DNA from: Pirellulales bacterium
Lineage (GTDB): Bacteria > Planctomycetota > Planctomycetia > Pirellulales > JAEUIK01
Reading direction: 5' to 3'
Length of the DNA stretch: 64,000 nucleotides
Assembly (NCBI GenBank): GCA_019694435.1
Contig: JAIBBZ010000001.1
Location: 461,508 to 525,507, forward strand
This document shows, one piece after another, positions 31,408-40,070 of the stretch. Under the pieces are notes generated by a model that saw nothing but the letters and a program-made list of their open reading frames with translations, was not told the DNA's origin and made no database searches. A program made the position numbers and the translations under genes. Position 1 is the first letter of the stretch, and each line of letters opens with the position of its first letter.

Positions 31408-32652
31408 ATGGACCTGACGCTCCTCGTGTTGTTGTCGCTGGTGGCCAGTGGTAGTGCAACCCCGGCCACTCCCGTGGCCGCTGCCGCGCCCGCGCCGCCG
31501 GTGGCTACCTTGCCACCGATGCCGCAATTGATGTCGGCCGAGCGCGACGCGCTCTACCGTCGGCTGCTGCCCAAGGTTGACGACCCGCAATTGGCCGCGG
31601 TGCTGGCCGGCCCCGACCTGCTGCTCTACACCGACGCGGAAATTCCACCGGCGTACCAGTTTTGGGACGGGTTGATGCCGGGCGTGCACTCGGTGAATTA
31701 CAACATCTCGGCCAACCACAGCGAACCGCACGGCAATGGCAACATCGAATTCCCATGGGGCCGTCCGGCCGGCACGCATCGCGCCGCCAGCGTGTCGTCG
31801 TTCCGCTTCGTGCATCTGCCGCGCGACGCCGAGGGCCGGCTGCTGCCGATCCTCTATTACCGCAAGGCGGGCGACGACGGCGCCATGGGCTATGGTTGGA
31901 CGTTTCCGGTGGGGGCCATCGTCGGCGAAGTCCTGTTCATGCGCGGCCCCGACCACAACGACTACACGTTCGAGCTGCGCATCCGCCGCCGCGAACGGGG
32001 TGAGTGGTCGGTCAATGCCTACCGTCCGTTCCCGACGGCCGCCGATCTCGCGGCGCGGATCGGCGAGCTGCGACCTGACTGGCAATCGCGGCCGCAGCTA
32101 GCCAAGCTGTGCACCCACCTGACCGGCAACGTCGAACTGCCGGCCCAGCAATTGGCCGACGCCCATCCCAACGGCAGCGTGTTCTCGCAGTCGATGGGAG
32201 TCGATACGCTGCCGGCCATCGACGACGACGTGCTCGTGGCCCAACTGCTGACGACGACCGTGTTCCGTTCGGCGCTGGGCGCCACCTGGCGCGACTCGTC
32301 CAACGGCACCCGCTGCATCGCGCCGACCACGGACGCCGCGTTCCACGTCGTTCCGGCGCGCTACGACGCCGGCTTCATCGACGTCGACCGTGTCTCGTGC
32401 CTGCGCTGCCACGAAACGACCAACCAGAGCGTGCGCCGGTTCGATGCCGGGCGCGACTGGTACGGGCGGATCCGCGGATCGGACGGCATCTTTTCCTTCC
32501 ACCCGTTCTCGCCCGGCGCGGTCAGCCACAATGGCAGCGGCACCGGGGCCTCGCTCCGCAGCGAATTCGTCAGCTCGGGGATGATCGCCCCGTATAGTGC
32601 CGCGAAGCACTCCAACGACATCTACAACGACGTCGAAGAGCTCGACGAGTAA
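31408..32652 (+). CDS. Secreted hypothetical protein with a single CxxCH motif
   Basis: ATG 31408 follows GGCGGAG. Signal peptide MDLTLLVLLSLVASGSA is followed by an Ala/Pro linker. A CLRCH motif lies near the C-terminus. I recognise no other family motif. Confidence 0.65.
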   Translation: MDLTLLVLLSLVASGSATPATPVAAAAPAPPVATLPPMPQLMSAERDALYRRLLPKVDDPQLAAVLAGPDLLLYTDAEIPPAYQFWDGLMPGVHSVNYNISANHSEPHGNGNIEFPWGRPAGTHRAASVSSFRFVHLPRDAEGRLLPILYYRKAGDDGAMGYGWTFPVGAIVGEVLFMRGPDHNDYTFELRIRRRERGEWSVNAYRPFPTAADLAARIGELRPDWQSRPQLAKLCTHLTGNVELPAQQLADAHPNGSVFSQSMGVDTLPAIDDDVLVAQLLTTTVFRSALGATWRDSSNGTRCIAPTTDAAFHVVPARYDAGFIDVDRVSCLRCHETTNQSVRRFDAGRDWYGRIRGSDGIFSFHPFSPGAVSHNGSGTGASLRSEFVSSGMIAPYSAAKHSNDIYNDVEELDE

Positions 32653-32702
32653 CGGCGCCGAGAGGTGCTGCCCAATGTCGAGCCCTCGGCTGGCACAGTG
32701 TG

Positions 32703-35700
32703 CTAGGCGGTCTGCGCCGCCGCGGCGATCGAGGCCAGCGCGCCGCTGGTGCGTTTGCGCTCCCGGGCCCGGACCAAACCGCCCAAGCGTAAGGCCCGGG
32801 CGATTTCGGCGGCGGTTTCCGTCGGCAGTTCGGCATGGAACTCGACCTGTCCGCCCTGCCGGGTCGCGACGAGCGCGCCTTGCCGCACCGCGAGCAACGT
32901 GGTGCGCTTGCTGGCGATTCGTCCGCCGTCGGTGACGATACCGAAAAGATTCACCGGGTCGGCCGCGCAGATGACCCACCAGCCGCCGGCGGCCATTTCA
33001 TCGCGCGTCTTGCGCAGCAGCTCGACGGCGGCCGATTCGGCATATTGCTCGCCGGCCACCTGGCCCACGAAGCGTCCGCCGTGAACCTCGCCGCGCGCCT
33101 CCAGGCGTCGATAGACCATCGCCAGGTCGCGCCAGGCGGGCGCGAGATCTTCGCGTGCGAGCACGTCGCGAAACACCACGCCATAGCGCTTCAGGAGCAG
33201 CCGTGCCCAGCGTTCGATGCGATCGCCCGGGCTGACCTGCGCGAGCGGGCCCGGATACAACGACCACCGCCCGCCGCGCCAGGCGCCGGCCGCTGAGACG
33301 CGTCGTCGCCGGGCCCTCCGGCGCCGAGCGTCGGCTTCGCGATGCCGGTCGGGCGCCACGAGCGGACGAATCGTGGCGAACCCATCGGCCGTGGCCCATC
33401 CGGTCGCGGCCAATTCGCTGAGCGCCATTTCCAAGTGCGCCGGCAACATGCTCGTCGCGCGCAACAGGTCGTGAAAGAACATCGCTCCGCCGGCCGACAG
33501 CACTTCGAGCACCTGCTGTGCATAGCCGGAGAGCGGCCGGCGCACGCGATCGCGATCGAGGGCCACCAGCCAAGGCAGGTCTTCGCGCGGCGCCAGCGAC
33601 AGCGGCACGGCGCGGTTGAGAGCCAGCGTGGTCCGCGCGACGCCGGCGCCGGGAGGCGGCGGCGACAAGCGTCCCCAGACCACCTCGCCGAATAGCGACA
33701 CCTCGTCGAGCCAGTTGCTGTCGTAGGGCTCGATGCGCGCGGCCAGGACTTCTTCTTCCCAGGCCCCGGCCGGCAGTTCGCACCCGGCCAACCGGGCGAC
33801 GACGTCGTTCACCGCGCGCCGACCGAACAACTGGTGGCCCGGGGCGACGTGCTGCCAGCGCGCCAAGAATTCGATGTAGACCTCCGGCGCCACCGGCCGC
33901 ACTCGGCTGCGCGCTCCGGCCAAGGTCAGCCGATGAATCCGCGCCAGCAACCGGCGTTCGCACCATTCGACCGGCGGATCGGCACTCGCGTTGACCCCAT
34001 TCGCTGTCGCGCGGCGCGCGGCGCGCGGCGTCATCTGCCCGCGCATCGCGATCCCTTCGCCCTCGAGCGACTCGAGCGCAGCTTCGACCGCCGTGGGGCG
34101 CAGCGCCAGCTCGTCGGCAATTTGCGCGGCTGTCGTCGGGCCGTGAATCGACAGGTACCCGCGCACCAATCCCAGATGCGCGGCCGTCGATTCGACCGGC
34201 TGCCGCAGTGCCTCGGGCAGCTCCAGCGGCGGATCGAGTGCGGCATCGGTATACACGGCCCGCGCCGACGTCAGCCGTTCGGCAGCGCACCACATGTTCT
34301 TGCCGGCGGGCAATTGCAGCCGCGTCGCGCGGCGCTCGGCCCGCAGCTCGTCGAGCCAGGGCCGCCAGGGGGTGCCCTGCTCCTCGGGCAGGATATCGGC
34401 CGACAACAACACGTCGTGCAGCTCGTCTGCCGAGCGCACCAGCGGCCAGGCTTCCTGGCTCACCTGAGCGATCGCCTCGGGATCGAGCCGCGCCAGGTCG
34501 CGCACGTCTTCCGGCAGCAGGCTGCGGCGCGTCGCCACGGCCCGGGCCCGGCGCTCCTCGAGCGGGGCGTCGTCGAGGAACGAATAGGGGTTCGCGTTGA
34601 GGATTTCATACGCGAACGGCGACGGCTCGCGTGTGTCGCGGGCCGTGAAGCGAATCGCGCTGCGCTCGACCGCCCCGAGCAGGTCTAACCAGCGCGGCAG
34701 GTCCATCGCCTCGTGCAGGCAATCGTAAACGGTCTGGTAGACCAACGGGTGATCGGGAATCTCGATATCGCCGACGATGTGCTCCAGGCAGGCCGTGCTC
34801 TGTGGAAAGACTCCGCTGAGCAGGTCGTCGGCCCGCATCCGCTGCAGTTGGGGCGGCACCTTTTTGCCACCCTGGTTGCGCAGCAGCACCAGCGCCCGGC
34901 TGACGTTCCACCGCCAGCGGACCTGAAACATCGGTGCCGCCAGCAGGGCCTGTTTGAGCAACGGTTCGGCGTTGGTCGTGTTGAGCATGCCGAACATGGC
35001 CGACAACGGGAAGCTGTGCTGCGGGCCCAGCGACAGCACGATGCCGTTGTCGTCGGCGCTGGCCTGCAGCTCGAAATTGAACGAGCGGCAGAACCGCTTG
35101 CGCATCGCCAGGCCCCAGGCGCGATTGATGCGCCCGCCGAACGGCGCGTGGATGACCATTTGCATCCCGCCCGATTCGTCGAAGAAGCGTTCGAAGACGA
35201 CTTCTGCCTGCGTGGGCAGCACGCCGACGGCCGCCATCTGCGCCGCGGCATAGGTGGCCGTTTGCCTGGCGGCCCAATCGCCGGCGTTGCACTCGCGCTG
35301 CAACCAGGCTGCGGCCGCGGCGATGTGTTCATCGAGCGCCGGCTGTGGCTGGCCGTCTTCCGTCACGACGTGGCGCAGCACCTCGGCCAATTCGCGGCGC
35401 AGGTCGGACACCTCGCCCGACAGCTCAAACGTCCGCCCCGGTGCCTCACCCAGCCAGAACGGGATCGTGGCCGGCGCGCCTTCGGCGTCGTCGACCAGGA
35501 CCTCGCCGCCGCGGACCGCGCGAATCCGCCACGAGGTGTTGCCCAGCAGGAACACGTCGCCCGCCAGGCTTTCGATGGCGAAGTCTTCGTTGACCGTACC
35601 AATGAACACCCGCTCGTCGGCGGTCAGCACGCGAAAATCGGCCGTGTCGGGGATCGCACCACCCGAGGTGATGGCCGCCAGCCGCGCGCCACGGCGGGCC

Positions 35701-37142
35701 CGCAGGCGCCCGTTCATCTGGTCGCGATGCAAATGCGCCCCGCTGCGGCGCCGCGCACCGATACCCTCACTCAGCAAGCCGACCATCTCGCCGAATTCGG
35801 AGCGCGACAGATTGCGATAGGGCCACGCCTGCCGGCAGACGTCGTACAACTCGTCCTCGCGCCATTCGTCGGCCGCCACCGCCGCCACGATCTGCTGCGC
35901 GAGAATATCGAGCGGCTGGCGCGGAATCTCGATCCGGTCGAGCGTCCCGCGCCGCACGGCGCGAATCAGCGCGAGCCCTTCGAGCAGATCATCGCGCGTC
36001 AACGGGAACAATCGTCCCTTGGGCACGGCCCGGAGCGAGTGGCCCGCGCGCCCGACGCGCTGGAGCCAGGTCGCAATCGATCGCGGAGAGCCGATCTGGC
36101 ACACCAGGTCGATATAGCCGATGTCGATACCCAGCTCGAGCGAGGCCGTCGCCACGATGGCCCGCAGCTCGCCCGACTTCAACCGCTGTTCGGCCGACAG
36201 CCGAATTTCTCGGCTCAAGCTGCCGTGGTGGCTGGCGATGTGCTCGGGCCCCAGCAACTGGCCCAGCATGTGCGTCACGCGTTCGGCCATCCGCCGCGTG
36301 TTGACGAACACCAGCGTGCTGCGATGGGCGCGGATCAAATTGCACAGGCCTTCGTAGACTTCGCGCCACTGCTCGTTCGAGCAGACGGCCGACAATTCGC
36401 TCGGCGGTACCTCGAGCCCCAGGTCCAGGTCGCGCAGGTGACCGACGTCGATCACCTCGCAGCCGCGCGGCTGGCCCGCCAGATCGCAGCCCACCAGAAA
36501 ATTGGCAATCTCGTCGAGCGGCTTCTGCGTGGCCGAAATGCCGATCCGCACGGGCGGCCGCTCGCACAACGCGCTCAGCCGTTCGAGGGACAACGCCAGG
36601 TGCGAGCCGCGCTTGTCCCGGGCCAGCGCGTGAATCTCGTCGACGATCACCGTGCTCACGCCGCGCAGCGTCTCACGGCTCTTGGCTGCCGTCAGCATCA
36701 GGTAGAACGACTCGGGCGTAGTCACCAGAATGTGCGGCGGCTTGCGCACGAGTTGTTGTCGCTGGCTGGCGGGGGTGTCGCCCGTCCGCACGGCGGCCCG
36801 CAGCTCGGGCAAGGCCCAACCCGTCGCGGCGGCTCGGGCACCGATCTCTTGCAGCGGCACCTCGAGGTTGCGACGGATGTCGTTGCTCAGCGCCTTGAGC
36901 GGCGAGACGTACAGCACCTGCGTCGTGTCGGGAAGCCGTCCCTCGAGGCCCTGACGCACGAGCCGATCGATGCAAAACAGAAACGCGGCCAGCGTCTTAC
37001 CGCTGCCGGTGGGAGCCGCGATGAGCGTATTGCGGCCCGCCGCGATACTGGGCCAGCCGTGGCGCTGCGGCTCGGTGGGCTGGCCAAATCGCTCGGTGAA
37101 CCAGTCGGCAACCAGCGGGTGAAAGACGTCGGGCTTCATCAC
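32703..37142 (-). CDS. lhr: Lhr-family ATP-dependent helicase (full length, 1479 aa)
   Basis: Lhr-type N-terminus FHPLVADWFTERFGQPTEPQ. Walker A is IAAPTGSGKT and the DEIH box is VIVDEIHAL. It also has SHHGSLSREIR and a long C-terminal extension typical of long Lhr proteins. Confidence 0.9.
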   Translation of the reverse strand: MMKPDVFHPLVADWFTERFGQPTEPQRHGWPSIAAGRNTLIAAPTGSGKTLAAFLFCIDRLVRQGLEGRLPDTTQVLYVSPLKALSNDIRRNLEVPLQEIGARAAATGWALPELRAAVRTGDTPASQRQQLVRKPPHILVTTPESFYLMLTAAKSRETLRGVSTVIVDEIHALARDKRGSHLALSLERLSALCERPPVRIGISATQKPLDEIANFLVGCDLAGQPRGCEVIDVGHLRDLDLGLEVPPSELSAVCSNEQWREVYEGLCNLIRAHRSTLVFVNTRRMAERVTHMLGQLLGPEHIASHHGSLSREIRLSAEQRLKSGELRAIVATASLELGIDIGYIDLVCQIGSPRSIATWLQRVGRAGHSLRAVPKGRLFPLTRDDLLEGLALIRAVRRGTLDRIEIPRQPLDILAQQIVAAVAADEWREDELYDVCRQAWPYRNLSRSEFGEMVGLLSEGIGARRRSGAHLHRDQMNGRLRARRGARLAAITSGGAIPDTADFRVLTADERVFIGTVNEDFAIESLAGDVFLLGNTSWRIRAVRGGEVLVDDAEGAPATIPFWLGEAPGRTFELSGEVSDLRRELAEVLRHVVTEDGQPQPALDEHIAAAAAWLQRECNAGDWAARQTATYAAAQMAAVGVLPTQAEVVFERFFDESGGMQMVIHAPFGGRINRAWGLAMRKRFCRSFNFELQASADDNGIVLSLGPQHSFPLSAMFGMLNTTNAEPLLKQALLAAPMFQVRWRWNVSRALVLLRNQGGKKVPPQLQRMRADDLLSGVFPQSTACLEHIVGDIEIPDHPLVYQTVYDCLHEAMDLPRWLDLLGAVERSAIRFTARDTREPSPFAYEILNANPYSFLDDAPLEERRARAVATRRSLLPEDVRDLARLDPEAIAQVSQEAWPLVRSADELHDVLLSADILPEEQGTPWRPWLDELRAERRATRLQLPAGKNMWCAAERLTSARAVYTDAALDPPLELPEALRQPVESTAAHLGLVRGYLSIHGPTTAAQIADELALRPTAVEAALESLEGEGIAMRGQMTPRAARRATANGVNASADPPVEWCERRLLARIHRLTLAGARSRVRPVAPEVYIEFLARWQHVAPGHQLFGRRAVNDVVARLAGCELPAGAWEEEVLAARIEPYDSNWLDEVSLFGEVVWGRLSPPPPGAGVARTTLALNRAVPLSLAPREDLPWLVALDRDRVRRPLSGYAQQVLEVLSAGGAMFFHDLLRATSMLPAHLEMALSELAATGWATADGFATIRPLVAPDRHREADARRRRARRRRVSAAGAWRGGRWSLYPGPLAQVSPGDRIERWARLLLKRYGVVFRDVLAREDLAPAWRDLAMVYRRLEARGEVHGGRFVGQVAGEQYAESAAVELLRKTRDEMAAGGWWVICAADPVNLFGIVTDGGRIASKRTTLLAVRQGALVATRQGGQVEFHAELPTETAAEIARALRLGGLVRARERKRTSGALASIAAAAQTA

Positions 37143-37299
37143 GGCTGTATTGTATCAGCGGCCCTCAAGCGGCAAGTTTTTGCTGGCATGGCCCAGCCAG
37201 ACGCGGGCGTTTCGCCGGGTACTCGCTGCCCGGTATGCTGGGGCCGTTTGGCGAGGGACGCTGGCGGCGCCTTGCCCAGACCCCCGGGGGAGCTGTGTG

Positions 37300-37803
37300 A
37301 TGAATGCCGAACCGCTGAGCCGCGAGCAATGTTTACGGACGTTGAGCATCATCGTTGGCGCGCTGTCGGCCGGGTCGCTGTTGTTCATCATCATGTGCGT
37401 GGCTGTCTGGCTCGGGCAGCAGCAGCAGTTTTCGTCCGATCTCGATCTGTTCGGCATGATTATGCTCGGTTTCGGGGCGCTGGCCGTGGTGAATTCCTTG
37501 GTGGTGCCCCGCATCGTGCATGCCGCGGGATTGAAGGCGCTCGACAAGTCTGCCAGCGAACCCCAACTGCTACAGGTCTATCAATCGGTCACCATCGTCG
37601 GTGCCGCGTTGCTCGAGGGGGCTGCGCTCGCCAATGCCGTAGTCATTTTCATGTCCGGATCGCTGGTCAATCTCGCCGCGGCCGTGCTGTTGGTCTTATT
37701 GCTGCTGGTCCTGTTTCTGCCGACGTCCGGCCGGCTCGAGAGCTTTCTGGTCGACAGCCGCCGACAAATCGCTGATCGAAGGTCAATCGAGAGAATTCGA
37801 TGA
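37300..37803 (+). CDS. Small membrane protein (about 4 TM), unknown function
   Basis: ATG 37300 follows GGGGGAG. Hydrophobic segments are LSIIVGALSAGSLLFIIMCVAVWL, MIMLGFGALAVVNSLVV and LVNLAAAVLLVLLLLVLFL. Its TGA stop overlaps the ATG of the next gene (ATGA at 37800-37803). Confidence 0.55.
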   Translation: MNAEPLSREQCLRTLSIIVGALSAGSLLFIIMCVAVWLGQQQQFSSDLDLFGMIMLGFGALAVVNSLVVPRIVHAAGLKALDKSASEPQLLQVYQSVTIVGAALLEGAALANAVVIFMSGSLVNLAAAVLLVLLLLVLFLPTSGRLESFLVDSRRQIADRRSIERIR

Positions 37804-39386
37804 ATCTGCGCAGGTTCTGGTCGGCCGCCTGGTGTGTCTACGGGGTGCTCGGCTACGCGCTCTCGGCCCCGGCGGCCGAGCCGTCGCTCTGGCCCTTTTT
37901 CCAGCCGGTCGTGCCCGCGCGGGACGTCCAAGTGATGATTCACCGGGGCCTCGCCCGCCAGGCTCCCGAGAACACGGCCCCCGCGATCGAGCTGGCCATC
38001 GCCGATGGCCTCGAATGGGTCGAGGTCGACGTGCGGCTCTCGCGCGACGGGCAGCACGTGCTGTTTCACGACGGCACGCTCGACGGCAAGACCAATGGTC
38101 AGGGGGCCCTGGCCGATCGGACCCTCGCCGAGCTCAAGCAGCTCGACGCGGGCGCCTGGTTCGCACCGCAATACTCGGGAACGCGGTTGTTGACGCTCGC
38201 CGAGTGTCTGCAGCTCGCACATCAACGGGTCAATCTCTATCTCGACTGCAAGACGGTCGACCCGGCGCGGCTGGTCGAGGAGATCGACGCCGCGGCGATG
38301 CCTGCGCAAGTGGTCGTCTACGGCGACGCGGCGCTCGCGGCGCAGGTGACCGAGCGCTCGCAAGGTCGCGTGGCCGTGATGGTCAAATGGCGGCCCGGCA
38401 CGCCGCCGGCGCGGCTCGTCGAACGCGTTTCGCCGGCGATCGTCGAGATCGATGCCGACGACGTCACGGCCGACGTGGTCGCCGCGTTTCACGCGCTGAA
38501 GGTCTACGTGCAGGCCAAGGTGCTGGGCGCAGACGATCGGCCGGAAACCTGGGACCGCATGACGGTCGCCGGCGTCGATTTTCTACAGACCGATTTGCCC
38601 GAGCGGATCGTCGCCCGGCAGACCCTGGCCAGGTTGCCGCGACGCCCGGTGCAGATGACGTGTCACCGCGGGGCGTCCCGATATGCGCCGGAGAACACGC
38701 TGCCGGCGCTCGAGGAGGCGGCCGCCCTCGGCGCGGATTATGTTGAGATCGACGTGCACACCTCGGCCGATGGCCGCCTGTTCCTGATGCACGACGGGCG
38801 TTGCGACCGCACCACGAACGGTCACGGCGCCATTCGCGAACTGACCGGCGAAGCGATCCAGCAGCTCGACGCGGGCAGTTGGTTCGGCGCGCCATTTCGC
38901 GGCGTGCACGTGCCCGAACTCGACAAGTTCCTCGCGGCCGTGCCGCCAGGACTGCAGATCTATTTCGATGCGAAGGCCATCGCGCCCGAGCGGCTCGTCG
39001 AGGCCGTCCAGCGCCATGGCCTCGCCGAGCGCACGATCGTTTACCAGGGCCCCGGCTACCTCGACCGTGTGCGCCGCTTGGAGCCGCGGCTGCGGCTGCT
39101 GGCGCCCCTGGGCCGGGCCGCCGACCTACCCAAGCTCGCCGAGAAACTGCGGCCCACGGCCGTCGATGCCCGCTGGGAGGATGTCTCGGCCGAGTTGATC
39201 GCCACGGCCCATGGCCTGGGCGTGCAAGTCTTTGCCGATGCCAAAGACGACACGACAGTCGAACAGCTGCGCGAGGCGATTCGTTGGGGCATCGATCAGA
39301 TTCAGACCGATCACCCGCTGCGATTGCTGCGGGCCATGGAGCTCGAAGCCGCGGCGGCCGACGCGCCGGTCACGCCCGCGCCGTAA
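37800..39386 (+). CDS. Secreted tandem glycerophosphodiester phosphodiesterase (two GDPD domains)
   Basis: Signal peptide is present. There are two copies of the GDPD signature: IHRGLARQAPENT...WVEVDVRLSRDGQHVLFHD and CHRGASRYAPENT...YVEIDVHTSADGRLFLMHD. Confidence 0.85.
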   Translation: MNLRRFWSAAWCVYGVLGYALSAPAAEPSLWPFFQPVVPARDVQVMIHRGLARQAPENTAPAIELAIADGLEWVEVDVRLSRDGQHVLFHDGTLDGKTNGQGALADRTLAELKQLDAGAWFAPQYSGTRLLTLAECLQLAHQRVNLYLDCKTVDPARLVEEIDAAAMPAQVVVYGDAALAAQVTERSQGRVAVMVKWRPGTPPARLVERVSPAIVEIDADDVTADVVAAFHALKVYVQAKVLGADDRPETWDRMTVAGVDFLQTDLPERIVARQTLARLPRRPVQMTCHRGASRYAPENTLPALEEAAALGADYVEIDVHTSADGRLFLMHDGRCDRTTNGHGAIRELTGEAIQQLDAGSWFGAPFRGVHVPELDKFLAAVPPGLQIYFDAKAIAPERLVEAVQRHGLAERTIVYQGPGYLDRVRRLEPRLRLLAPLGRAADLPKLAEKLRPTAVDARWEDVSAELIATAHGLGVQVFADAKDDTTVEQLREAIRWGIDQIQTDHPLRLLRAMELEAAAADAPVTPAP

Positions 39387-39437
39387 GTGCGCGGCGCCGG
39401 CAGCACATCGCGGAGCAGTATTCACGCCGATCGCTGG

Positions 39438-40070
39438 CTACGTGCTCTCCATGCTCGGCACTTTCGCCACCTGCACCAGCCAGGGGCGCAGGGCCTCGAT
39501 CGCCCGGCCGCGGTGGCTCAGCCGGTTCTTCGCCGCCGCGCCTAGTTCGGCAAACGTCAGGTGATACTCGGGCAACTCGAACAAGGGGTCATAGCCGAAG
39601 CCACTGCCGCCGCTTTCGGCCACGCCGATGCGTCCGCGGCAAATCCCCGTGGTCTCGGCCCGGATCGCGCCGCGCGCGTCGGCCAGGGCCAGCGCACATT
39701 CGAATCGCGCCATGCGGCGCGCAAGCGGTATCCCGTCGAGCGCAGCGAGCAACTTGGCGCGGTTGGCCCGCGCATCGGCCGCCGTGCCGGCGTAACGCGC
39801 CGTGTGCAGCCCGGGCTCACCCCGCAACGCGTCGACGAACAGGCCGGTGTCGTCGGCCAGCGTCCAGCAGCCCGTGGCCCGGGCATAGGCCACGGCCTTG
39901 ATGCGGGCATTCTCGGCCAGCGACGCGCCGGACTCATCGGGCTCGCGCGCGGCGTCGAACCCGGCCAGCGAACGCAACTCGCAGGGCAATTCGCCGAGCA
40001 GCTCCGCAAACTCACGGAACTTACCGGCGTTGGTCGTGCCGAGCACGAGGATCAGCGGTGTGGTCGTCAC
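39438..40070 (-). CDS. rdgB: Non-canonical purine NTP pyrophosphatase (RdgB/HAM1 family)
   Basis: GTG start at 40070 (VTTTPLILVLGTTNAGKFREF). Motifs are DDTGLFVDAL, FGYDPLF and RLSHRGRA. The start overlaps the U32 stop (GTGA). The listed 504-aa ORF is an unsupported upstream extension. Confidence 0.85.
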   Translation of the reverse strand: MTTTPLILVLGTTNAGKFREFAELLGELPCELRSLAGFDAAREPDESGASLAENARIKAVAYARATGCWTLADDTGLFVDALRGEPGLHTARYAGTAADARANRAKLLAALDGIPLARRMARFECALALADARGAIRAETTGICRGRIGVAESGGSGFGYDPLFELPEYHLTFAELGAAAKNRLSHRGRAIEALRPWLVQVAKVPSMEST

